Assembly: GCA_016795285.1 (NCBI GenBank)
Contig: JAEUIC010000030.1
Span: forward strand, 47,112 to 111,111
Length of the DNA: 64,000 nucleotides
Origin: Planctomycetota bacterium
GTDB taxonomy: Bacteria > Planctomycetota > B15-G4 > SIAN01
Direction of reading: 5' to 3'
Part shown: in pieces, positions 53,721 through 62,766 of the stretch
Layout: each line of letters begins with the position of its first letter
How positions within the stretch are numbered: the first letter of the stretch is position 1
The notes under the pieces: generated by a model
What the model was told of the DNA's origin: nothing
What the model saw: only the letters and a program-made list of their open reading frames with translations
Database searches by the model: none
Translations under genes and position numbers: made by a program

Positions 53721-54554
53721 ATGAACCTCACCCGCTCGACGGCGCGCTCGCGTGCGCGCGCTCGTCTCCGCTTCGCCGTGGCGCCTTGCCTGCTGCTCGC
53801 GGCTCTTTCCGCCTGTCGCAGTGAACCGGTGCAGTCGCTCGTCGTCGCTGCGCCGCCGATCGCCGCACCGCCGCTCGCTGCGCCGGTGACGTCGCGCGAG
53901 CGCTCGACGCGGGAGATCACGGTGAAGAGCGAGCTCGCCTACCTGCTCACGCTGCCGCGCGGCTACGTCGACGCCGGCGTGGCGGGCGCGCCGCGCTGGC
54001 CGCTCGTCGTCTTTTTGCACGGGATGGGCGAGCGCGGCAGCGACCTCGCGATGGTGGCGCGCCACGGTCCGCCGAAGCTGATCGCCGCGGGGCGCGAGTT
54101 CCCGGCGATCGTCGTCTCGCCGCAATGCCCGCTGCAGCCGCAGTTCGGCTGGTCGACGACCGCGGTGCTGGCGCTGCTCGAGGACGTCTGCGAGCGCTAT
54201 GCGGTCGACGCGTCGCGCGTCTACCTCACCGGGCTCAGCATGGGCGGCTACGGGACGTGGGCGATCGCGTGCGAGCAGCCGCAGCGCTTCGCCGCCATCG
54301 CGCCGATCTGCGGCGGCGGCGATCCGGCCAAGGCGGCCGCGCTGGTCGGCCTGCCGACCTGGGTCTTCCACGGCGGCGCCGATCCGGTGGTGCCGCTGGC
54401 GCAGAGCGAGTCGATGGTGAAGGCGATCGAGGCGGCGGGCGGCCACCCGAAGGTCACCGTCTACGACGGCGTCGGCCACGACAGCTGGAGCGCTGCGTAC
54501 GACGACGCGGCGTTCTGGGAGTGGCTCTTCGAGCAGCGGCGCGAGGCGCGCTAA
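53721..54554 (+). CDS. Alpha/beta-hydrolase esterase lipoprotein (PHB-depolymerase / carboxylesterase-like)
   Basis: The lipobox is 'LLAALSAC'. The nucleophile elbow is 'GLSMGGYGTW'. 'VFLHGMGERGSD' and 'VFHGGADPVVP' are also present. Confidence 0.75.
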   Translation: MNLTRSTARSRARARLRFAVAPCLLLAALSACRSEPVQSLVVAAPPIAAPPLAAPVTSRERSTREITVKSELAYLLTLPRGYVDAGVAGAPRWPLVVFLHGMGERGSDLAMVARHGPPKLIAAGREFPAIVVSPQCPLQPQFGWSTTAVLALLEDVCERYAVDASRVYLTGLSMGGYGTWAIACEQPQRFAAIAPICGGGDPAKAAALVGLPTWVFHGGADPVVPLAQSESMVKAIEAAGGHPKVTVYDGVGHDSWSAAYDDAAFWEWLFEQRREAR

Positions 54555-54603
54555 CGTCTCGCCTCGTTGGCATTCATCCACGGGTCGAGCTGGAGGAGTC
54601 GCG

Positions 54604-54849
54604 ATGGATCCCCGAACGGCGATGGCGCCGATCGAGTCCGACGCTGGCGTGATTCCAGTTCCTCCGCTGCCGACCTACGGCGCCAGCGGTCACGATCTCA
54701 CGCTCGTGCGGATGATGCTCGAATGCACCCCCATCGAACGGATCCGCCAGATCGAGAGTGCTGCGCAGTCCCTACTGGAGCTGCGCCGTGCCTTTGAGCA
54801 GACCCGAGTTCCTGCCGATCCTCCGCGCGTTCCTCCGCGCCAAGGTTGA
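54604..54849 (+). CDS. Small hypothetical ORF (81 aa) overlapping the 5' end of the nucleotidyltransferase gene. It may be an antitoxin-like partner or an artifact.
   Basis: The ORF is present in the six-frame track. No motif was found. It overlaps the next gene by up to 92 nt. Confidence 0.2.
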   Translation: MDPRTAMAPIESDAGVIPVPPLPTYGASGHDLTLVRMMLECTPIERIRQIESAAQSLLELRRAFEQTRVPADPPRVPPRQG

Positions 54850-55303
54850 GTTCATCGTCATCGGCGGCGTCGCGGCGAACCTGCACGGCTCGCCGATGAT
54901 CACGTTCGACGTCGATTTGGTGCCGCGACGCTCGCTCGAGAACTTCGCGCGCACGATCGAGGCGCTCACGTCCCTCGATGCTTGGTATCGCGAGCATGGC
55001 GACAAGCGATTGCGCCCGACCGTTGAACGACTGCAGCACTACCCCGGCACCCACCTGCTCGAGACGCGTCACGGGAGGCTCGATCTCCTCGGTGCCGTCA
55101 GCGGCGGAGCCGGCTACGACGAGCTGCTCGAGCGAACCGTGTGGTTCGAACTCGATCCAGGCGAGCGGCTCCGAACGATCGATCTCGAGGCGCTGATCGA
55201 GCTGAAGCGGTCCATCGGCCGCGAGAAGGACCGTTCCGCGCTCCTCCTGCTCGAAGAGGTCCTCGCCGAGCGGCGCCGGCTCGGCATGCCGCGCGACGGG
55301 TGA
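54758..55303 (+). CDS. Nucleotidyltransferase-fold protein (MNT/AbiEii-like minimal NTase)
   Basis: 'KVEFIVIGGVAANLHGSPMITFDVDLV' fits the hG[GS]...h[DE]hDh NTase signature. The start is uncertain, with a later GTG or TTG near 54791-54797 possible. Confidence 0.5.
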   Translation: MLRSPYWSCAVPLSRPEFLPILRAFLRAKVEFIVIGGVAANLHGSPMITFDVDLVPRRSLENFARTIEALTSLDAWYREHGDKRLRPTVERLQHYPGTHLLETRHGRLDLLGAVSGGAGYDELLERTVWFELDPGERLRTIDLEALIELKRSIGREKDRSALLLLEEVLAERRRLGMPRDG

Positions 55304-55380
55304 CGGCAGCGTTCTCCGACGGGAACGTTCTTCCGCACGGCTCGACCTCGCCCGGCTGAATCGCCGCTTCAGGTGCCCAC

Positions 55381-55413
55381 CGTCCTAGCTCGATAGGACG
55401 GTGCATGTCCTAC
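55381..55413. promoter_or_regulatory. Palindromic operator array GTCCTA-N6-TAGGAC-N7-GTCCTA overlapping the start codon of the GntR gene
   Basis: CGTCCTAGCTCGATAGGACGGTGCATGTCCTA. Two overlapping perfect inverted repeats share the central half-site. The ATG lies at 55405-55407. Confidence 0.5.
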
Positions 55414-55821
55414 CGAGTCGACCCTTCGAGCGACGTCCCGCCTTCGCGGCAGCTGCAGGAGCAGCTGCTCGACGCGATGGCGCGCGGCGCGCTGCCGCCG
55501 GGTGCCCAGCTGCCGAGCGTCCGCGCGCTCGCCGCCGAGGCGCTGGTCAACCCCAACACGGTCGCCAAGGCGATCCGCGACCTCGAGATCGCCGGCCTGC
55601 TGATCGGCCGGAACGGGCTCGGCGTCTTCGTCAGCGCCGCCGCGCCGCGCCTCGCCATCGAGCGGCGCCGCGCCGTCACGCTCGCCACCTTCGAACGCGC
55701 GCTGCACGAAGCACTGCGCGCCGGCCATGAACCGCACCGCCTCGCCGAACTCGTCGAGCGCGCCGTCCCCGTCGACCCCATCGCGAGCGCTGCCCCGCTC
55801 GCGCCCGGAGAACTCCGATGA
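55405..55821 (+). CDS. GntR-family transcriptional regulator, short YtrA-like subfamily
   Basis: The winged helix-turn-helix reads 'LPSVRALAAEALVNPNTVAKAIRDLEIAGLL'. The stop overlaps the ABC ATPase start as ATGA. Confidence 0.8.
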   Translation: MSYRVDPSSDVPPSRQLQEQLLDAMARGALPPGAQLPSVRALAAEALVNPNTVAKAIRDLEIAGLLIGRNGLGVFVSAAAPRLAIERRRAVTLATFERALHEALRAGHEPHRLAELVERAVPVDPIASAAPLAPGELR

Positions 55822-56639
55822 ATCCGACTGCCCCCGTCTTCGCTGCGCGCGGCCTCTCCATGCGATTCGGCAAGCGCCGCGTGCTCGACGGCCTCGACCT
55901 CGAACTCGCGCCCGGCCAGGTCACCGCGCTGCTCGGCGAGAACGGCGCCGGCAAGTCGACGCTGATCAAGCTCGCGTTGGGCGTCTTGAAGGCGCAGCGC
56001 GGCACGCTCACGGTGGCCGGCTGCTGTCCGCTGAAGCAAAGCGGGCTCGTGCGCCAGCGCGTCGGCTTCGTGCCCGATGTGCCCGACGCCTACCCGTGGA
56101 TGACCGCGCGCGAGCTCTTCCGCTTCCTCGCGCCGCACTGGCCGAGCTGGGATGCGGCGCTGGCCGAGTCGCTGCTCGAGTCGCTTTGCGTCCCGACCGC
56201 GACGCCGTTCAAGTCGATGAGCCGCGGCGAGGGGATGAAGGCGATGCTGGTCGCCGCGCTCGCGCCGCGCCCGTCGCTGCTGCTGCTGGACGAGCCGTTC
56301 GCCGGCCTCGATCCGCTGGTGCGCGAGGAGGTGTTGCGCAGCGTGATCGGCGAGCTGCGCAGCGATCCGAACGGCGGCGAGCGCACCGTGCTGGTCGCCA
56401 CGCACGACCTCGACGTCGTCGCGCGCATCGCCGACCGCGTCGCGATCCTCGCGCACGGCAAGATCGCGCAGCACGGCGCGGTGGGCGAGGTCTTGGGCGC
56501 GAAGTCTCTCGATGACGGCAACGGCGCCGGCGACGGCTCCAACGCGCTCCTCGATGACGGCGCCGGCGTCGGCGCGGCGACCTTCAAGCTGCGCGACGTG
56601 CTGGCGGCGACGCGTTCCACCGAGACGGCCGTCCGATGA
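55818..56639 (+). CDS. ABC transporter ATP-binding protein
   Basis: Walker A is 'GENGAGKST'. The signature is 'MSRGEGMK'. Walker B is 'LLLLDEPFAGLD'. The stop overlaps the next start as ATGA. Confidence 0.9.
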   Translation: MNPTAPVFAARGLSMRFGKRRVLDGLDLELAPGQVTALLGENGAGKSTLIKLALGVLKAQRGTLTVAGCCPLKQSGLVRQRVGFVPDVPDAYPWMTARELFRFLAPHWPSWDAALAESLLESLCVPTATPFKSMSRGEGMKAMLVAALAPRPSLLLLDEPFAGLDPLVREEVLRSVIGELRSDPNGGERTVLVATHDLDVVARIADRVAILAHGKIAQHGAVGEVLGAKSLDDGNGAGDGSNALLDDGAGVGAATFKLRDVLAATRSTETAVR

Positions 56640-58723
56640 CCCCCTTCGCTGCCCTCGTCTGGAAGGAGTGGCGCGGCGAGCGGCGCTCGATCGCGACGTT
56701 GGCGGGAGCGGCGGCGCTGCTGCCGCTGCTCGGGCTGCTCGGCGCGCGCGAGTTCGCGGGGCGGTTCGGGTTGCAGCGCTACGCCTACGACGGCGGCACG
56801 GCGACGATCGTCGCGCAAGCGGCGCTGCTGGCGGTGGCGCTCTCGCTCGGCGCGGAGCTGCTGCCGAGCGAGTCGCGGCGCGGCTCGATTGCGTTGCTGC
56901 GGCGGCTCCCGTGCGGGCTGCTGCGGCCGTTCCTGGCGAAGTTCATGTTGCTGATCGTGGCGTCGCTGGCGACAGCGTTGGTGGCTTGGGCGTCCGCGTG
57001 CGCAGCGGTGCGCGCGACGGGCGGCGCCTGGTTCCCGCCGCTCGATTTCGGCGTGAGCCTGCTGCGCGGCGCGCCGAACCTGCTGTTGATCGTGGTGGTC
57101 GGACTGCTCGCCTTCATGGCCTCCGCCTGGATCGGTCGCGCGACGCTGGCGCTGCCGGTGGCGCTGTTGGCGGTGGCGCTCGCGCTGACGCCGTTCTGGC
57201 TCGCTCGCGACGACGACCCGCTGCTGGCGAGCGTGTCCACCCTCGTGCCGCTCCTGTGGGGCGCGGCCCTGCTCGCGCCATGCGTCGGCGCGCTCTCGTT
57301 CGTGCTCGGTCGGCGACGCGGCGGCGGCGAGTGGCGGAGCTTCGCGATCGGCGGCGCGGCGGTCGGCGCGCTCGCGCTCCCCGCAGGTGCTTGGCGCAGC
57401 GAACGAGCCGCCGAGTGGAATCGCGTCGATCCGCCGCTCGACAGCTTCCGCGTGACCGCGCTGCGGCAGCCCGGAGTGCTTGCCGCCGGGGGGCGCTACG
57501 TCTACCTCACGGCGCATCACCAGTTCGGCGACCTCGTGATCCGCGATGCGCCGCGTTGGGTCCTCGACGAGTTCATGCAGTTCCCGACGTGCGGGCGCTA
57601 CAGCGACGGGCCGCCGCATGTGCTGCAGGTCGATCTCGCGGACGGCTCTTGGCGCGACGTCGGCGGTCCGGGATCGCTGCTCTGGCTGCCGACGCGATTT
57701 GCTCCGCTCGAGGCGGTGCCCTACGTCGGGATCCGTTCCTGCCCGGAAGCGGAGCACGACCGCGCAGGATGGCGAGCGCTCCTCGACGCCAACGACGGCC
57801 GCGAGGTGGCGCGGGCGCCCGACGTGGACGAGCGCAACGCGATCGAGGGGCGTGCGGAGTGGGACGAGCTGGCGCGATCGGAGCACGTCGCCTACCTCGG
57901 CGGAGCGCGCCGCGTCTGGTTCGAACGAGAGGAGTGGTGGACGACCGATCCCGATGGCGGGTCGCGGAGGTTGCCCGACTCCGCCATGAGCCGCACCGCG
58001 CATTGGTGGTGGCGCGGATCGCAGTCGCGCGGCGTCATGGTCCAGGGACGGCGTGATGGCCCGGAGGAGGAGGAGGTCGAGATCTACGACTTCGCGCGCG
58101 AGCGACGCTTCCGGTGGTCGGACGCGTCCGCGAACCCGAGCGTGCGCAAGGGGAAGTGGATCGTCGAACGTTGGGACGCGAGCCCGCCTTCGGGGCGCCG
58201 GCGCTTCCGTTGGGAGCTCTACGACCCCGAACGCGCGGTCTCCCTGCCTGCGCCCGCCGAGGTCGCCGACCATAAGCTGCTCTGGATCGACGACGAGGGG
58301 GCAGCGATCGGCGGACCGTGGGGAGCGCACGACCAGTCGCTCGTGACCCTCGAGTGCTTCGATCCCGAGAGCGGCGTACGGTCGCCCATCGCTCTGCCTG
58401 CGCGGCTCGAGGCGCTCGCTGGCGGGGTCGTCGCGTTCGACGTCGTGGCCCGCACTCGCTTGGGCGCGCCCATCGTGCGGCTCGTCCTGCGCGGACGAGA
58501 CGGAGGCAAGGTCGAGCGCTACGCCCGTTGGGATGCGCGGCGCCGTGAGCTGCGCGTCGCCGAGGAGGCGTCCGCGAAGGAGCTCCCCCTCGTCGGTTGC
58601 CCCGACGAGGAGTCGCTGCTGGTGATCGAGCAGGGGCGCCGCCTGGTGCGGCTGCGCTTCGGCAGCGACGCGCGCGAAGTGGTCTTCCCGAGGCACGATG
58701 CGGCAAGCGGAGCGCCTCGATGA
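56636..58723 (+). CDS. Membrane protein paralog A: an ABC-2-like 6-TM N-terminal domain plus a roughly 430-aa extracytoplasmic C-terminal domain of unknown fold
   Basis: The N-terminus reads 'MTPFAALVWKEWRGERRSIATLAGAAALLP', followed by multiple hydrophobic helices. The C-terminal conserved block is 'GCPDEESLLVIEQGRRLVRLRFGSDAREVVFP'. Coupling to both flanking genes is by ATGA overlap. Confidence 0.8.
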   Translation: MTPFAALVWKEWRGERRSIATLAGAAALLPLLGLLGAREFAGRFGLQRYAYDGGTATIVAQAALLAVALSLGAELLPSESRRGSIALLRRLPCGLLRPFLAKFMLLIVASLATALVAWASACAAVRATGGAWFPPLDFGVSLLRGAPNLLLIVVVGLLAFMASAWIGRATLALPVALLAVALALTPFWLARDDDPLLASVSTLVPLLWGAALLAPCVGALSFVLGRRRGGGEWRSFAIGGAAVGALALPAGAWRSERAAEWNRVDPPLDSFRVTALRQPGVLAAGGRYVYLTAHHQFGDLVIRDAPRWVLDEFMQFPTCGRYSDGPPHVLQVDLADGSWRDVGGPGSLLWLPTRFAPLEAVPYVGIRSCPEAEHDRAGWRALLDANDGREVARAPDVDERNAIEGRAEWDELARSEHVAYLGGARRVWFEREEWWTTDPDGGSRRLPDSAMSRTAHWWWRGSQSRGVMVQGRRDGPEEEEVEIYDFARERRFRWSDASANPSVRKGKWIVERWDASPPSGRRRFRWELYDPERAVSLPAPAEVADHKLLWIDDEGAAIGGPWGAHDQSLVTLECFDPESGVRSPIALPARLEALAGGVVAFDVVARTRLGAPIVRLVLRGRDGGKVERYARWDARRRELRVAEEASAKELPLVGCPDEESLLVIEQGRRLVRLRFGSDAREVVFPRHDAASGAPR

Positions 58724-60795
58724 CTCCCTTCGCTGTCCTCGTCTGGAAGGAGTGGCGCGGCGAGCGGCGCTCGATCGCGACGTTGGCGGGGGCGGCGGCG
58801 CTGCTGCCCGTGATGGGGCTGCTCGGCGCGCGCGAGTTCGCGGGGCGGTTCGGGTTGCAGCACTACGCCTACGACGGCGGCACGGCGACGATCGTCGCGC
58901 AAGCGGCGCTGCTGGCGGTGGCGCTCTCGCTCGGCGCGGAGCTGCTGCCGGGCGAGTCGCGGCGCGGCTCGATCGCGTTGCTGCGGCGGCTCCCGTGCGG
59001 GCTGCTGCGGCCGTACCTGGCGAAGTTTGCGCTGCTGATCGCGGTGGCGCTGGCGACGGCGCTGGTGGCGTGGGCGTCCGCGTGCGCCGCGGTTCGAGCG
59101 ACCGGCGGCGTCTGGTTCCCGCCGCTCGACTTCGGGGTGAGCCTGCTGCGCGGCGTCTCGGATCTGCTGCTGATCGCGGCGGTCGGCGCGCTCGCTTTCA
59201 TGGCGTCCGCCTGGATCGGGCGGGCGACACTGGCGTTGCCGGTGGCGCTGCTGGCGGTCGCGCTCGCGCTGACGCCGTTCTGGCTCATTCACGACGACGG
59301 ACGGTTGCTGGCGAGCGCACCCACCCTCGTCCCGCTCTTGTGGGGCGCGGCGCTGCTCGCGCCATGCGTCGGAGCGCTCTCGTTCGTCGTCGGTCGCCGG
59401 CGCGGCGGAGGCGAGCTGCGGAGCCTCGCGTTCGGCGCGGGCGCGCTGGCGCTCATCGCATTGCCGGTGAACGGCTGGCGCGCGACGCGCGTCGCCGAGT
59501 GGTGCAGCGTCGATCCGCAGGCGGAGAGCTTCCGCATCACCGATGCGATCTTCGGCCACGCGCTCGCAGCGAACGGCCGCTACGCCTACCTCACGGTGCA
59601 CCATGCGTTCGGTGACCTCGTCTGGTCGGAGCGGCGCGCGACGCGCCCGGAGGACTGGAGCTACGCCAGCAACTGGGGCTTCCCGAGCGACGGTCCGAAC
59701 CACGCGCTGCAGATCGACCTCGCCGACGGCTCGTGGCGCGAGGTCGGTCAGCCGGGCGATGGGGTGTTCGTGCCGCAACTCGGCGGGGTCGCGCAGCCGA
59801 CGCCGTTCATCGCGCTCGAGCCGTTCGACTCGAGCAGCGACGCGGCGGCCGAGCGGTGCGTGCTGCTCGACGCGAACGACGGGACGGAACGGTCGCGCGA
59901 GCCGTCACGGAGCCGGCTGCGTCCGTTCACCGATCGGCCGGAGCGGCGCGAGCTCGACCGCATCTTCCAGACGGCATTCCTGCCGGACGGGCGACGCGCT
60001 TGGTTCCACCGCGGCGAGTGGGTGACCGAGACGGCCGACGGGACGTTGCGGACGCTGCCTGACTCGTCGATCGGCGGTGATCGAATCGTGCTGGCGAGCG
60101 GCGTCGGCGTCTGGATGCCGCGGGCGGGCGGGGCGGCGTCGGACGACGAAACGGTCGAGATCTACGACCTCGCGCGCGAGCGGCGTTACGAGCGATCGAC
60201 GCAGGCACCGAAGGTGATCGTGCGTGCGGGGCCGTGGATCGTGGCGGGCGACAGCTCGCAGTCGCCGCTGCAGATGGCCCCGCCGTGGAAGCTTTACGAC
60301 CCCGATCGCGACGTCGCCACGCCGCCACCGGAGGCCGTCGCGAACGACACGCTCCTCTGGATCGACGACGACGGCGCGGCGTTGGGCGGGGTTGCGGACG
60401 GGAACGGCAGGATCGCGCAGCTCTTCCGCATCGATCCGGAGCGCGGTACGCGCGAGGCGATCGCGCTGCCGGCGTGGGTCGACGCGATGGGCAACTGCTT
60501 CTACGCGATGCAAGCCGTGGCACGCACGCGGGCCGGGACGCCCATCGTGCGTCTCCTCTTCTGGACGCGGCACGGCGGCGCAATCCCCCTCTGTGCCCGC
60601 TGGGATCGCGAGCGGCGCGAGTTGCAGTTCGTGGGCGATGCGTCGCTGTCGTCACGCCCCGTCGTCGGCTGCCCCGACGAGGAGTCGCTGCTCGTCATCG
60701 ACGACGAGCGCCGCCTGGTGCGGCTGCGCTTCGGCAGCGACGCGCGCGAGGTGGTCTTCCCGATTCCGACTTCCGAAGGCGAGGCTTCCCGATGA
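58720..60795 (+). CDS. Membrane protein paralog B. It is about 90% identical to A over the N-terminal 270 aa and over the C-terminal 40 aa, and divergent in the middle.
   Basis: The N-terminus reads 'MTPFAVLVWKEWRGERRSIATLAGAAALLP', and the C-terminal block reads 'GCPDEESLLVIDDERRLVRLRFGSDAREVVFP'. Both overlaps are ATGA. Confidence 0.8.
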   Translation: MTPFAVLVWKEWRGERRSIATLAGAAALLPVMGLLGAREFAGRFGLQHYAYDGGTATIVAQAALLAVALSLGAELLPGESRRGSIALLRRLPCGLLRPYLAKFALLIAVALATALVAWASACAAVRATGGVWFPPLDFGVSLLRGVSDLLLIAAVGALAFMASAWIGRATLALPVALLAVALALTPFWLIHDDGRLLASAPTLVPLLWGAALLAPCVGALSFVVGRRRGGGELRSLAFGAGALALIALPVNGWRATRVAEWCSVDPQAESFRITDAIFGHALAANGRYAYLTVHHAFGDLVWSERRATRPEDWSYASNWGFPSDGPNHALQIDLADGSWREVGQPGDGVFVPQLGGVAQPTPFIALEPFDSSSDAAAERCVLLDANDGTERSREPSRSRLRPFTDRPERRELDRIFQTAFLPDGRRAWFHRGEWVTETADGTLRTLPDSSIGGDRIVLASGVGVWMPRAGGAASDDETVEIYDLARERRYERSTQAPKVIVRAGPWIVAGDSSQSPLQMAPPWKLYDPDRDVATPPPEAVANDTLLWIDDDGAALGGVADGNGRIAQLFRIDPERGTREAIALPAWVDAMGNCFYAMQAVARTRAGTPIVRLLFWTRHGGAIPLCARWDRERRELQFVGDASLSSRPVVGCPDEESLLVIDDERRLVRLRFGSDAREVVFPIPTSEGEASR

Positions 60796-62753
60796 ACCTG
60801 CTTCCGACGCTCCTCTGGAAGGAGTGGCGCGACCATCGCGCGGCGCTGATCGGCTACTGCGTCGGCGTGCCGCCGCTGATCGCGTGGGGGCTTTCGGCGC
60901 TGAGCGCGACGCGGCGGGTCGATCCGCTGCTGCCCGCGGCCGCGGCCGTCGGTGGCATCGCGATCGCCGCGCTGACGCTCTTCGGCGACCTCTTCGCCGG
61001 CGAGGAGCAGCGCGGGACGATCAAGCTGCTGCGCCGGCTGCCGAGCGGCCTCTCGAAGATCTTCCTCGCCAAGCTGCTCTTCCTGCTGATGGCGACCGCG
61101 CTGATGGGCGGCGTCGCGTGGCTCGCGACGACGACGGCGGCCGCGGCGCTCTACGGCGCCCCGTTCGCGCCTCGGCTCTCGCTGCCTGCGCGCGACTGGT
61201 TGGTGCTGCTCTTCCCGCTGATCGCGTGGATCCCGGCCGCGGCGATCTGGCTGTCGCGCGCGACGCTGGCGCTGCCGGCCGCGGCGCTGACGCTGGCGCT
61301 CTTCGCGGCGCCGGTCGGCTTCGCGGTCTGGCTGCAGCCGTGGCTCGCGCCGTCGAAGGGCGAGCTGCTGGTCGCCTACGTCGTCGTCACGGCGGCGGGC
61401 CCGTTCATCGCGGGCGCGTCGTTCGTGCTGGGGCGGCGGCGCAGCACGCGACCGTTCACGCCGGCGGCGGTCGGCTTGCTGGCGACGCTGGCGCTCTTCG
61501 TGCCGGCGTACGGTTGGACGGGCGTTCGGTTCGCGAAGGGGCTCGTGTTGGAGCCGGCGGCCGCGACGTTCCGCATCGCAACCAACTCGGCGGGCGCGGT
61601 GAGCCAGGACGGCCGCTTCGCCTGGATCAACGCCTTCCATGTCGCCGGTTCACGCAACGTCGCGGGCATCACCGACTACGACCCGGAGCGCGACGGCCCG
61701 CTCCACACGGTGCAGGTCGACCTCGCGGACGGTCGTTGGCGCCCGTTCGGCTCGCTCGGCGCGATGGTGCTGGCGCCCGGCTCGTTGAGCGAGCGGCGCA
61801 ACGCCGCGGTGGTGGGGCTCTTCCGCGATTCGGCACTGCGCCGCCGGGACATCAACCACGACGACCACGAGCGCGACGAGACGCTGCTGCTCGATGCGGT
61901 GACCGGCGAGCCGCTCGAAGCGACGGCGCGTGCGGCGCTGCTGGCGAAGCGCGGCGCTGCGGCGGGCGCGCTGCTGCGCGAGGCGTGCGGACTGGTGCTG
62001 CCCGATGGCCGACGCGTCTGGCGGCAGGACGATCAGTTGATGATCGATCCGGGGCGCGTGCTGCCCGACTCGCGCTGCCTCGAGAGCGGTTGGACGTCGA
62101 GCTTCTGGAGCTCGGGCAATGCCGGCTTCGGCGTTCGGGTCGCCGAGCGCGAGCTCTACGACCCGTCGCGCGAGAAGCGTTTCCGCGTGGCGCCGGAGCT
62201 GGCGGTGCTGTTCGTGCGGCCGGGCCACTGGGTGGTGTACGGATGGGATCCGAAGGGCAAGCGTGGGACGCTCGCCTACGACCCGGAGAGTGGTGCGACG
62301 GCGCCGTTGCTAGGCAGCGAGCCGAACGACTTCGTCTCGGCGCTGCTGCCCGATGGGCGCTTGCTGGTGCGGGCACGCCTCGGGAGTGGGCGTGATGCGG
62401 AACCGGCGCTGGTGCTGCTCGATCCCGAGACGGGTGCTCGCGAGGAGCTCGCGCTCGAGTTGCCGCCGGAGGCGCTCGGCATGGTGTGGCAACCGACGGG
62501 CACCGACGACGGCGCGCTGGTGGCGACGCTCTGGGGAGCGAACGTCGCGCGCTTCCTGCGGATCGAGCTGCCGGCCGACCGGCGCTCGGGCGAGCGGGCG
62601 CGCGTGGAGGTGACCGCGCCGCTCGAGCTGCCGTGCGAGTCGATCGGAGTGGTCGGCGCCGACGGCCAGTCGGTGATCGCCATCGAGGCGGGGCGCCGCC
62701 TCGTGCGCGTCCGCTTCGACGGCTCGCCGCCGGAGCAGCTCTTCCCGAAGTAA
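60792..62753 (+). CDS. Membrane protein paralog C, more divergent but with the same architecture
   Basis: The N-terminus reads 'MNLLPTLLWKEWRDHRAALIGY'. Six hydrophobic segments are present. The C-terminal block reads 'GRRLVRVRFDGSPPEQLFP'. The start overlaps the stop of paralog B as ATGA. Confidence 0.75.
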   Translation: MNLLPTLLWKEWRDHRAALIGYCVGVPPLIAWGLSALSATRRVDPLLPAAAAVGGIAIAALTLFGDLFAGEEQRGTIKLLRRLPSGLSKIFLAKLLFLLMATALMGGVAWLATTTAAAALYGAPFAPRLSLPARDWLVLLFPLIAWIPAAAIWLSRATLALPAAALTLALFAAPVGFAVWLQPWLAPSKGELLVAYVVVTAAGPFIAGASFVLGRRRSTRPFTPAAVGLLATLALFVPAYGWTGVRFAKGLVLEPAAATFRIATNSAGAVSQDGRFAWINAFHVAGSRNVAGITDYDPERDGPLHTVQVDLADGRWRPFGSLGAMVLAPGSLSERRNAAVVGLFRDSALRRRDINHDDHERDETLLLDAVTGEPLEATARAALLAKRGAAAGALLREACGLVLPDGRRVWRQDDQLMIDPGRVLPDSRCLESGWTSSFWSSGNAGFGVRVAERELYDPSREKRFRVAPELAVLFVRPGHWVVYGWDPKGKRGTLAYDPESGATAPLLGSEPNDFVSALLPDGRLLVRARLGSGRDAEPALVLLDPETGAREELALELPPEALGMVWQPTGTDDGALVATLWGANVARFLRIELPADRRSGERARVEVTAPLELPCESIGVVGADGQSVIAIEAGRRLVRVRFDGSPPEQLFPK

Positions 62754-62766
62754 GTTGCCCGTCGCG

